Counted from the first letter of the stretch, positions 9,009-16,917 are shown. The stretch is DNA of 32,000 nucleotides from Candidatus Kuenenia stuttgartensis (GCF_900232105.1 NZ_LT934425.1:3810001-3842000), one strand, 5' to 3'. Numbers and translations are program-made. Notes: generated by a model not told the origin, from the letters alone.

Positions 9009-9387
9009 TTACTCAGATAATCTAGATGCTGATGGTAATAGCACAACAATAACAAATACGGTTTCAGTAACGGGTACAACTGGAACACCAACCCCTACAA
9101 CAACGACAGAACCAAAGGTTGCGGCAGGGGATTCACACACCCTTGCCCTAAAGTATGACGGCACAGTCTGGACATGGGGACATAATGGGGATGGGCAATT
9201 AGGGGATGGAACATTTACCAACAGGACTACTCCTGTTCAGGTAAACGACCTCAGTGACGTCATTGCCATTGATGGTGGACAGCATCATCACAGCCTTGCA
9301 GTAAAATCGGATGGTACCGTATGGGCGTGGGGGCATAATGATGATGGTCATCTGGGAGATAGAACGTACACAAACAGAAGTTCCCCC

Positions 9388-10521
9388 GTGAAGGTAACTG
9401 ATCTCAGTGGTGCTATCGCAGTTGCTGGTGGAGATTCACACAGTCTAGCCTTGAAATCAGATGGTACCGTATGGGCGTGGGGAGCGAACTGGTATGGACA
9501 ATTAGGAGATGGTACAACCGCAGACAGCACTACACCTGTTCAGGTAAGTAACCTCAGCGATGTTATTGCCATTGCTGGGGGTGATAATCACAGCCTTGCT
9601 TTAAAGTACGATGGTACTGTCTGGGCATGGGGTGAAAATGCTTATGGTAAATTGGGAGACGAGACAGAAACGAATAGAACTGCACCCGTGCAGGTAGGCA
9701 GCCTCAGCAATGTTAATGCCATAGCAGTTGGCGACCAGCACAGTCTGGCACTAAAATCAGACGGCACGGTCTGGGCATGGGGAAATAACGAAGGCGGTCA
9801 ATTGGGAGACGGAACAACTACAAATAGAAATACACCCATACAAGTGAATTTCTACGGCCAGTATATTACTACGATCGCGGCTGGATATAAGCATAACCTT
9901 GCTGTGGATTCAGAAGGTTATGCTTGGGCGTGGGGGTATGGTTGGGATGGTCAGTTGGGAGACGGGGCTAACGCAGATAGCTACATTCCTGTGCAAGTGA
10001 TAGGACTTCGCTTTGTTACGGCCATTGTAGCTGGCGATTGGCATAGCATTGCCGTGAAGTCAGACGGCACGGTCTGGGCATGGGGGTATAATGGGGATGG
10101 TGAACTGGGAGACGGTACAACCTCAAGCAGAAGCACCCCGGCTCAGGTTGATATTAATTTAGGTCAGGCATCAGATTGTGGCGAGACTAATATAATGAGC
10201 TGGTCTGCCGCCAAATTGAAAATTAAAAGAAAGAAAAGTAAAGATATAACCATAACAGCCGCTCAAGGTGATGTGATAGAAGATGATAATACCATTTTTA
10301 AATGTCCCGTTGAAGGCCTGACGGTTACTGCAGTTGTTGATAGTAAAACTGAAGGAAAGAAGCTCATATCGGTTTCACCAACAAGCGCTGTAACTGATGA
10401 AAACGGTGATGTGACGTTCACGATAAAAGCCAAGAATAAAAAGGGAAATGCAAAGGTCTATTTTTCAATAGAAGAATGGGGTGAGTGGGTAACTACGGAA
10501 TTATCAGTAAAGGTAAGGTAA
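9388..10521 (+). CDS. RCC1-repeat (7 blades) plus Ig-like domain; orphaned 3' portion of SBBP paralog 2
   Basis: The track ORF starts at GTG 9388, but the same frame is open and homologous from 9010 (YSDNLDADGNSTTITNTVSVTG..., with the first RCC1 blade at ~9118). There are seven repeats of G(D)xHSLALKSDGTVWAWGxNxxGQLGDG. This is the same frame (frame 1) as 5662-8910, and no plausible start/RBS exists near 9010. Confidence 0.8.
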   Translation: MKVTDLSGAIAVAGGDSHSLALKSDGTVWAWGANWYGQLGDGTTADSTTPVQVSNLSDVIAIAGGDNHSLALKYDGTVWAWGENAYGKLGDETETNRTAPVQVGSLSNVNAIAVGDQHSLALKSDGTVWAWGNNEGGQLGDGTTTNRNTPIQVNFYGQYITTIAAGYKHNLAVDSEGYAWAWGYGWDGQLGDGANADSYIPVQVIGLRFVTAIVAGDWHSIAVKSDGTVWAWGYNGDGELGDGTTSSRSTPAQVDINLGQASDCGETNIMSWSAAKLKIKRKKSKDITITAAQGDVIEDDNTIFKCPVEGLTVTAVVDSKTEGKKLISVSPTSAVTDENGDVTFTIKAKNKKGNAKVYFSIEEWGEWVTTELSVKVR

Positions 10522-10716
10522 CTAATCCATGATATTTGTAATACATATCGGATATAATTTTGACGTAGGAAAATTTTCTGCTATCGAGTGCAGTGAAATG
10601 AGGGAAGGATAAGGGAAATTTATTCGCACAGGTTTCATGGTATTTTTTAACTTGTCAATTCATCTTAAAAAAGAAGGGGAAAAAGCCATGAAAAGAATTG
10701 CTTATAAAATGGTGGG

Positions 10717-10788
10717 TGAATTAGGGGACACTTCCCATATTTCTTGATTGATCTGGTGGAATAATAAGGGAAGTGTCCCTATATTTCT
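10717..10788. repeat. Hairpin repeat unit 1 (GGGGACACTTCCC-N31-GGGAAGTGTCCC)
   Basis: The arms at 10723-10735 and 10767-10778 are reverse complements. The unit shares GAATTAGGG.ACAC...CCCATATTTCTT...TGGTGG..AATAAGGGA...CCTATATTTC with unit 3. Confidence 0.7.
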
Positions 10789-10975
10789 CGGAGAGGGCGA
10801 AATCTGTAATCGTATAAGTAGAAAGAGAAAAACGGTAGAACTATGCGGTGTCGTCGGAGTTAAGAGTGACGGTATGACTGTAAAAGGTATATAAATGAAC
10901 TTGGGATGTCTAATTATTCAGGTTGATGACCGTAACGCAACAAGGAATTGTTACGGCTAATAGGGATAACTTCAG

Positions 10976-11041
10976 TATTGAGACACTTCCCGTATTTCAG
11001 AAGTTAATCTGGGAAGTGTCCCTCTATTCCCCCTCTATTCC
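10976..11041. repeat. Hairpin repeat unit 2 (GAGACACTTCCC-N19-GGGAAGTGTCCC)
   Basis: The arms lie at 10980-10991 and 11011-11022. The tail CCCTCTATTC is duplicated in tandem (11021-11041). Confidence 0.65.
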
Positions 11042-11092
11042 CTATAGTTAAAGGGAATATTAAGTGAACTTCGGCGGGAATAAATTATTGGA

Positions 11093-11168
11093 GAATTAGG
11101 GACACAGCCCATATTTCTTACTTTATTTGGTGGGGAAATAAGGGATATTTCCTATATTTCTATATTTT
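11093..11168. repeat. Hairpin repeat unit 3 (degenerate copy)
   Basis: The sequence is GAATTAGGGACACAGCCCATATTTCTT...TTTGGTGGGGAAATAAGGGATATTTCCTATATTTC. The arms have diverged, so stem pairing is largely lost. Confidence 0.55.
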
Positions 11169-11243
11169 AGAATAAATGTTTAAGGCTGATCTGCAGCAAA
11201 CAAAGGGAAAATCCATAAACCACATACATAACAGGAGGCTATA

Positions 11244-14183
11244 ATGCTAATAAAACATCCTTTAAAGAAAAGGCTTATTAAATCTGTTTTGTTATTAATG
11301 GGACTGGTAATAGCGCTAACCCTTTACCCATTGACCAAAAACAACTCAAACCTTGCTAATGATCAGGATATAGTCAGCAATTCAAATATCCTATACCTCT
11401 CAACTATCAATCCTGGTAAGGATTGGCAGACTACCATAAGCATTACAAACTCAGAATGTAAATGCAAACAGAGAAGGGTTAACGCAACGCTTACCGCATA
11501 CGACAAAGATGGTTTATCCCTTGAGGTTATTAAAAACGTTATTAGGCTTAGAGCAAATAAAACAAAGACCTTTCATTCTCAAACATTACCCACCGATGCT
11601 GAATCCTTAAGGGTTGAGTCAAATGGCAGCATTATATGCAATGCAATTTTCAAAACACGTGATGGCACAAAATCAGAGGTAGTCCCTGCCATCAAAGAAT
11701 CATCCAGACAGCTCGATTTCCCGGCGCTGCTCAGTTACGATGACCTCTATATATACAAGACCATTACCCTTTTAAACCCAAACACAAACCCCGCAAGTAT
11801 TGATATTGTAGCCTTGGATAAGGACGGATATGAGATAGACCTTAATGATTTACCATCCCTTTCGTCAATGGAAAGCAAAACCTTCTCCCTCGTGGATATC
11901 TTTGACCCAAGAATATTAAAAGACCTGTCAACGGTGAGGGTCAATTCAGATAGTAATATTATTGGACTTCAGCTTGTGGACTATCCCGCGGTTGACCTTG
12001 TTGGGCTTCCGGCCCTGACCACCACCAGCAAGGGCTGGACGTTTCCAATAGCAACCAAAGGAGAAAACTTCGATTTGTGGACAAAAGTGGGTATTTTAAA
12101 TCCTTGTAATAACATAGCCAATGTTATCATTGAGGCATTTGATACCAGCAGTAACTCACTGGGGATTATCCATAGTCAAACCATTTTGCCGGGTGTAACC
12201 TATGTTATCAATACCGCTAATATTGATACTATCGAGGGAGATGCCATACCTTCAAATACCGCTATTCTCAAGATCACTTCTACCCAGTCTGTAATTGGGT
12301 ATGAAGTCATTGGTGTTCTAAATGGCAGCGGTCTTTCAGCAGTTATGGGGATTCCTGACGAAGACCAAACTTCGGTGGGATTTGAGCTAATCGGTTCAAT
12401 GGACGGAGAGGTGCTTAATACCTATTCAATGATGCGGATGGGCGATGGGAGCGTGAAGTCAACGGTTGGGAGTTTGGGGAGTGAAGAATGGAGAAAAAAT
12501 GTAAACATAATACCCGACACCTCAGAAATAATCTCTGCACCAACAGCAGTCAGTGAAATAAATGAAAATGAATGTGTTCCTCCAAAACAACTTAATTCAA
12601 AATACTGGCTGGGATTTCCACTTAAATACCCGCCTTCTAAAAACTGGACTCCATACACTGCCAATATAACCAGTGTTTTTGACCATGCTATGAAAACACT
12701 GGATGGAAAGAATCATGTGGTGGCATATACGGGGGAAGGAGGTTCTAAGAAAGCAGATGGTACATGTGATAAAAATGGTAATGGATGCGGTTATAAGAAA
12801 AGCGATGAAAGCCCATTTATTATAAACAATCATTATGTAGGCGTTAAATCGTCCGGCAGCGCAACGGTTTTACAGTACGATGATCATCGGGGATACGATT
12901 ACCCTGTTAGAGAAGAGCGTGTCTATGCTGCGGCTGATGGATGTGTTCATAAGGCACAATGGGATAAGGAAAATGGTGTGGAAAATGGTGGTGGTTATTA
13001 TATAAAGATAAAGCATAACACAAGCAATGGTGTCTACTATACTAGTTATCTCCATTTAAAAAAAGATTCTTTTCGGGTGGGTAAGGGTGACACTGTGACG
13101 GCAGGACAATGGATTGCCGTATCAGGTAATACAAGTACAAGTACAAGTGGCGAAACATTCCCCTATCACCTTCATTTCGAAGTGAGAAAAACTTATGATC
13201 TACAAGGGAATGTTGTTGACCCCTATGGCTGGCATCCATCGGTAAAAACTGATGATCCATACACAGGAAAAAAGAAAGAAACCCTTTGGGAGGCGGCAAC
13301 TGAACTTCCACAAATTACCTCAATAAGTCCTTCAAGTGAAGGTGCTGGCACTTCAGTAACGATAACGGGCAAGAGATTTGGTGCTGGAGCAGGTACGGTA
13401 AAATTTGGTACGGTAAAAGCCGAGGTCACTTCATGGGGTGATACTGAAATAGTTGCGACTGTGCCTGATGGTAATGGAGAAGTATATGTAAGGGTGACAA
13501 CTGCCGGAGAAGAAACAGCAGTAACAAGCACAGGAGATGATGATGAAGAGAAATATGTATTTACATACACATCATCACCAACTACTTGTATTGCGACAGT
13601 TTCTTCAGGTCAGTGGAAGGGAGAATACTACAACAACAAGGATTTAAGCGGCAGTCCAGTCATGACAAGGGACGATGGAAGCGGGAATCTCAATTTCGAC
13701 TGGGGTAGTGGTAGTCCAAATAGCTCTAGCCCTTGTGTCATAGGCACTGATGATTTTTCCGTTCGCTGGACGAGGACGGTTTCTTTCGATGCAAACACCT
13801 ATCGTTTCAAGGTAACGTGTGACGATGGTTTCAGACTTTACATAGATGGCATTTCGAAGCTTGAGAAATGGATCGATCAAGGCTCAACAGAGTACACGGT
13901 GGATGTATCACTTTCGTCAGGGAAACACACTATAAAACTGGAGTACTATGAGGCTGGCGGGGGCGCAGTTGCGAAACTATCATGGGAGGTGGCATCATCT
14001 ACAATTTCCGTTACTTCTTTTAAAATCAACAACGATGCATCCAGCACAACGAGTCGGACGGTAACGCTGAATAATATGGCAACGGGTAGTCCTACACAAT
14101 ATATGGCAAGTGAATCATCCAGTTTTAGCGACGCCAGTTGGCAGACGTACTCAGTGAGTCCAAGCTTTAGGCGCTGTAAATAA
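11244..14183 (+). CDS. Secreted multidomain M23 metallopeptidase / IPT-TIG / PA14 protein, 5' portion (truncated by MITE)
   Basis: AGGAGG lies 6 nt upstream of the ATG, and there is an N-terminal hydrophobic anchor. An approximately threefold ~110-aa N-terminal module is followed by M23 motifs HRGYD (HxxxD) and YHLHFE (HxH). The IPT/TIG-like segment is ITSISPSSEGAGTSVTITGKRFG. The first PA14 domain is QWKGEYYNN...DDFSVRWTRT...KLEYYEAGGGAVAKLSWE. The ORF ends 4 codons into the MITE (RRCK*). Confidence 0.85.
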   Translation: MLIKHPLKKRLIKSVLLLMGLVIALTLYPLTKNNSNLANDQDIVSNSNILYLSTINPGKDWQTTISITNSECKCKQRRVNATLTAYDKDGLSLEVIKNVIRLRANKTKTFHSQTLPTDAESLRVESNGSIICNAIFKTRDGTKSEVVPAIKESSRQLDFPALLSYDDLYIYKTITLLNPNTNPASIDIVALDKDGYEIDLNDLPSLSSMESKTFSLVDIFDPRILKDLSTVRVNSDSNIIGLQLVDYPAVDLVGLPALTTTSKGWTFPIATKGENFDLWTKVGILNPCNNIANVIIEAFDTSSNSLGIIHSQTILPGVTYVINTANIDTIEGDAIPSNTAILKITSTQSVIGYEVIGVLNGSGLSAVMGIPDEDQTSVGFELIGSMDGEVLNTYSMMRMGDGSVKSTVGSLGSEEWRKNVNIIPDTSEIISAPTAVSEINENECVPPKQLNSKYWLGFPLKYPPSKNWTPYTANITSVFDHAMKTLDGKNHVVAYTGEGGSKKADGTCDKNGNGCGYKKSDESPFIINNHYVGVKSSGSATVLQYDDHRGYDYPVREERVYAAADGCVHKAQWDKENGVENGGGYYIKIKHNTSNGVYYTSYLHLKKDSFRVGKGDTVTAGQWIAVSGNTSTSTSGETFPYHLHFEVRKTYDLQGNVVDPYGWHPSVKTDDPYTGKKKETLWEAATELPQITSISPSSEGAGTSVTITGKRFGAGAGTVKFGTVKAEVTSWGDTEIVATVPDGNGEVYVRVTTAGEETAVTSTGDDDEEKYVFTYTSSPTTCIATVSSGQWKGEYYNNKDLSGSPVMTRDDGSGNLNFDWGSGSPNSSSPCVIGTDDFSVRWTRTVSFDANTYRFKVTCDDGFRLYIDGISKLEKWIDQGSTEYTVDVSLSSGKHTIKLEYYEAGGGAVAKLSWEVASSTISVTSFKINNDASSTTSRTVTLNNMATGSPTQYMASESSSFSDASWQTYSVSPSFRRCK

Positions 14184-14268
14184 ATTAACGTCTCACTTTG
14201 AAGCCTTGATTGCATGTTTCCAGAGCATGAAATTGATCTACTTGATACCTTTATTTATTTACAGTGCC
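14170..14268 (-). mobile_element. 99-bp MITE, copy 2 (inverted relative to copy 1)
   Basis: It is the exact reverse complement of 8910-9008. TTA is duplicated at 14167-14169 and 14269-14271. Confidence 0.85.
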
Positions 14269-16529
14269 TTACCTTGAGTTCAGGTAATGGAAATAAGACC
14301 GTATACTTTAAGGTTAAAAACAGTGCTAATACTGAATCATCAGTGGTGAGTGACAGTATTACCCTGAGTGAGTCTACTTCCTGCACTGCGGCAGTTTCTT
14401 CAGGTCAGTGGAAGGGGGAATACTACAACAATAAGAATTTAAGCGGCAGTCCAGTCATGACAAGAGACGATGGAAGCAGGAATCTCAATTTCGATTGGGG
14501 CAGCGGAAGTCCAAGCAGTTCGTGTGGTATAAATAGTGACGATTTCTCAGTTCGCTGGACGAGGACGGTTTCTTTCGATGCCAACACCTATCGCTTCACG
14601 GTAACGTGTGATGATGGTTTCAGACTTTACATAGATGGCATTTCGAAGCTTGAGAAATGGATCGATCAAGGCTCAACAGAGTACACGGTGGATGTATCAC
14701 TTTCGTCAGGAGATCACACTATAAAACTGGAGTACTATGAGGCTGGCGGGGGCGCAGTTGCCAAACTATCCTGGGAGAAAGTATCCAGCAATTCCTGCAC
14801 AGCCACAGTCTCTTCAGACCGATGGAAGGGAGAATATTACAACAACAAGGATTTAAGCGGCAGTCCAGTCATGACAAGAGACGATGGAAGCGGGAATCTC
14901 AATTTCGACTGGGGTAGCGGAAGTCCAAGCAGTTCGTGTGGTATAAATAGTGACGATTTCTCAGTTCGCTGGACGAGGACGGTTTCTTTCGATGCCAACA
15001 CCTATCGCTTCACGGTAACGTGTGATGATGGTTTCAGACTTTACATAGATGGCATTTCGAAGCTTGAGAAATGGATCGATCAAGGCTCAACAGAGTACAC
15101 GGTGGATGTATCACTTTCGTCAGGGAATTACACCATAAAAATGGAGTACTATGAAGCTGATGGGGGCGCTGTCGCGAAACTATCATGGGAGGTGGCATCA
15201 TCTGGTAGTGTGCCTGGCAGCATTACCGACCTTACAGCAACGCCTGAGTGTGATGGCACTGCGTCTCAGGTACGGCTGAACTGGTCTGCGGCAAGTAACG
15301 CAACCTCGTATGACGTCTACCGCAACGGCAGTTTGTATTACAGTGGGGTATCAGGGACACAATTCATAAATAGTTCCAATATTACAACTGGAATGTCTTA
15401 TTCTTACTACGTTCAGGCCAAGAACTCTTATGGTTTTACTAACTCCAATACTGTTTCTGCAACGGCAATAACTTGTGTCAGCAATATGCCTGGCAGCATT
15501 ACTGACCTTACGGCCACAGCTGAGTGTGATGGTACAACTTCTCAGATACGGCTGAACTGGTCTGCGGCAAGTAACGCAACCTCGTATGATGTCTACCGCA
15601 ACGGCAGTTTGTATTACAGTGGGGTATCAGGGACACAATTCATAAATAGTTCCAATATTACAACTGGAATATCTTATTCTTACTACGTTCAGGCCAAGAA
15701 CTCTTATGGTTCTACCAACTCCAATACTGTTTCTGCAACGGCAATAACTTGTGTCAGCAATATGCCTGGCAGCATTACTGACCTTACGGCCACAGCTGAG
15801 TGTGATGGCACAACTTCTCAGATACGGCTGAATTGGTCTGCTGCAAGCAATGCAACCTCGTATGATGTCTACCGCAACGGCAGTTTGTATTACAGTGGGG
15901 TATCAGTGACACAGTTCATCAATAGTTCCAATATTACAACGGGAACGTCTTATTCTTACCATGTCCAGGCCAAGAACTCTTATGGTTCTACTAACTCCAA
16001 TACTGTTTCGGCAACGGCGAAAACTTGCGGCGGGTCTACCAGTCAATCAGAGCGCATTACTAACGGCAGCTTTTCTTCCGGTACAAGCGGATGGACGCTA
16101 TCGAGTGATTTTTGGGCAGGCACAAATCTTTCTAACTATCGCACCTCACCGGGCTATGCAGCGGGAGGCGTAGACAGTAGTGGAACGCCAAAAAACAATG
16201 CGTATGGTTCCATGTACCAAGCAGTAACTATCCCATCCAATGCAACTTCGGCCACTATCAGTTTTTGGTATAACATAACAACATCAAATGAATCAGGATA
16301 TGATGCGCTCTACACAGTTATCAAAAATTCTTCGGGGAGTCATTTAGCAACAGTTGCTACCTTCAGCAATGCCGATAAAGGAACATTAGGAAGTTACAGC
16401 AAAAAAAGCCTTGATGTAACCTCATACAAAGGGCAGACCGTCACAATATATTTTCTGGCAATGACTGATTCTGCTAATACTACGGTATTCAGAATTGACG
16501 ATGTCAGCCTTATGTCTGATGGAAATTAA
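14214..16529 (+). CDS. 3' portion of the M23/PA14 protein: 2x PA14, 3x FN3-like, C-terminal CBM/galactose-binding-like domain
   Basis: The track ATG 14214 lies inside the MITE and has no SD. Genuine coding sequence resumes at 14272 (TLSSGNGNKTVYFKVKN) in the same frame (frame 3) as 11244-14183. There are two PA14 copies, three 92-aa repeats PGSITDLTATAECDGT..IRLNWSAASNATSYDVYRNG, and a terminal NGSFSSGTSGW...VFRIDDVSL jelly-roll-like domain. Confidence 0.8.
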   Translation: MFPEHEIDLLDTFIYLQCLTLSSGNGNKTVYFKVKNSANTESSVVSDSITLSESTSCTAAVSSGQWKGEYYNNKNLSGSPVMTRDDGSRNLNFDWGSGSPSSSCGINSDDFSVRWTRTVSFDANTYRFTVTCDDGFRLYIDGISKLEKWIDQGSTEYTVDVSLSSGDHTIKLEYYEAGGGAVAKLSWEKVSSNSCTATVSSDRWKGEYYNNKDLSGSPVMTRDDGSGNLNFDWGSGSPSSSCGINSDDFSVRWTRTVSFDANTYRFTVTCDDGFRLYIDGISKLEKWIDQGSTEYTVDVSLSSGNYTIKMEYYEADGGAVAKLSWEVASSGSVPGSITDLTATPECDGTASQVRLNWSAASNATSYDVYRNGSLYYSGVSGTQFINSSNITTGMSYSYYVQAKNSYGFTNSNTVSATAITCVSNMPGSITDLTATAECDGTTSQIRLNWSAASNATSYDVYRNGSLYYSGVSGTQFINSSNITTGISYSYYVQAKNSYGSTNSNTVSATAITCVSNMPGSITDLTATAECDGTTSQIRLNWSAASNATSYDVYRNGSLYYSGVSVTQFINSSNITTGTSYSYHVQAKNSYGSTNSNTVSATAKTCGGSTSQSERITNGSFSSGTSGWTLSSDFWAGTNLSNYRTSPGYAAGGVDSSGTPKNNAYGSMYQAVTIPSNATSATISFWYNITTSNESGYDALYTVIKNSSGSHLATVATFSNADKGTLGSYSKKSLDVTSYKGQTVTIYFLAMTDSANTTVFRIDDVSLMSDGN
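14382..15209 (+). repeat. Two tandem 414-bp PA14-coding repeats (third, more distant copy at ~13587-14000)
   Basis: Copies start at tgcac... 14382 and 14796. Long stretches are identical, for example gatgatggtttcagactttacatagatggcatttcgaagcttgagaaatggatcgatcaaggctcaacagagtacacggtggatgtatcactttcgtcagg. Confidence 0.9.
15212..16039 (+). repeat. Three tandem 276-bp FN3-like coding repeats
   Basis: gcctggcagcattac starts at 15212, 15488 and 15764, giving a period of exactly 276 bp. Copies 2 and 3 are nearly identical. Confidence 0.9.
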
Positions 16530-16615
16530 GAAATTTTCCTTTTTTTAAGCTGAATACAATTTGTACGTTTTGTAAAAACGAAACATTTGTGAATGAACAA
16601 AAGGGGTCAAATGAA

Positions 16616-16917
16616 CAAAAGGGGTTACACCTTGATTAGTGATTTAATTTCTTCTAATCGTTTATTAATTTCATTTTCTTCAGATATCTTTGATTTCATA
16701 ATAGTTACTCGCCAACTTATGGAAGAATAACCAAGACCAAACAAATTCCCGATTTCCTGGTTATTAAAAATATTCCTTCGCTCATTTTCTCGTGATAAGA
16801 TGTGATAGTAAGCCACTTCAAATTCTATGCGCCATTGTCTTGTCATGTCAGACAAGATAGCAAAATTACCTTCTATTGCCAACAGCATAATCACTAATCA
16901 AGGTGTGACCCCTTTTG
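16616..16917. mobile_element. ~300-bp element bounded by 27-bp inverted repeats, enclosing a deleted RayT/IS200-like ORF
   Basis: The left arm CAAAAGGGGTTACACCTTGATTAGTGA (16616-16642) and right arm TCACTAATCAAGGTGTGACCCCTTTTG (16891-16917) pair at 26/27. A partial extra copy of the outer arm (AATGAACAAAAGGGGT) sits directly in tandem at 16592-16607. Confidence 0.6.
16625..16846 (-). pseudogene. Internally deleted Y1 (IS200-like / REP-associated, RayT-type) transposase remnant
   Basis: MTRQWRIEFEVAYYHILSRENERRNIF matches the conserved N-terminus of RayT-like proteins (xRxxRIExxGAxYHVxxRGNxRxxIF). It joins directly to a C-terminal HTH-like tail (EIGNLFGLGYSSISWRV). The catalytic HUH/Tyr core is absent. 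Family recognition is from memory only. Confidence 0.5.

Noticed and set aside
9009-9530. Minus-strand ORFs 9009-9221 and 9348-9530
   Set aside because: They are antisense to the RCC1 repeat frame and are repeat-driven open frames.
10625-10632. c-di-GMP-I (GEMM) riboswitch upstream of the surface-protein gene, prompted by CGCACAGG
   Set aside because: The following sequence (tttcatgg...) lacks the GCAAACC / GACGCAAAGCC conserved cores and the P1/P2 architecture.
10717-11168. CRISPR array interpretation of the three hairpin repeats
   Set aside because: Spacing is irregular (259 and 117 bp) and the repeat units are ~70 bp and degenerate. There are only three copies and no cas genes.
11747-14215. 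Minus-strand track ORFs inside the M23/PA14 gene (11747-11944, 12422-12664, 12597-12833, 12870-13055, 13042-13311, 13223-13570, 13644-13880, 13946-14215)
   Set aside because: All are antisense to a frame with clear domain signatures, so no independent support exists.
8910-14268. A programmed invertible switch (inverton/shufflon) using the 99-bp inverted repeats
   Set aside because: Inversion would place both enclosed gene parts antisense to their partners and create no new ORF or promoter fusion. No recombinase gene is nearby. It is retained only as a possible passive recombination substrate.
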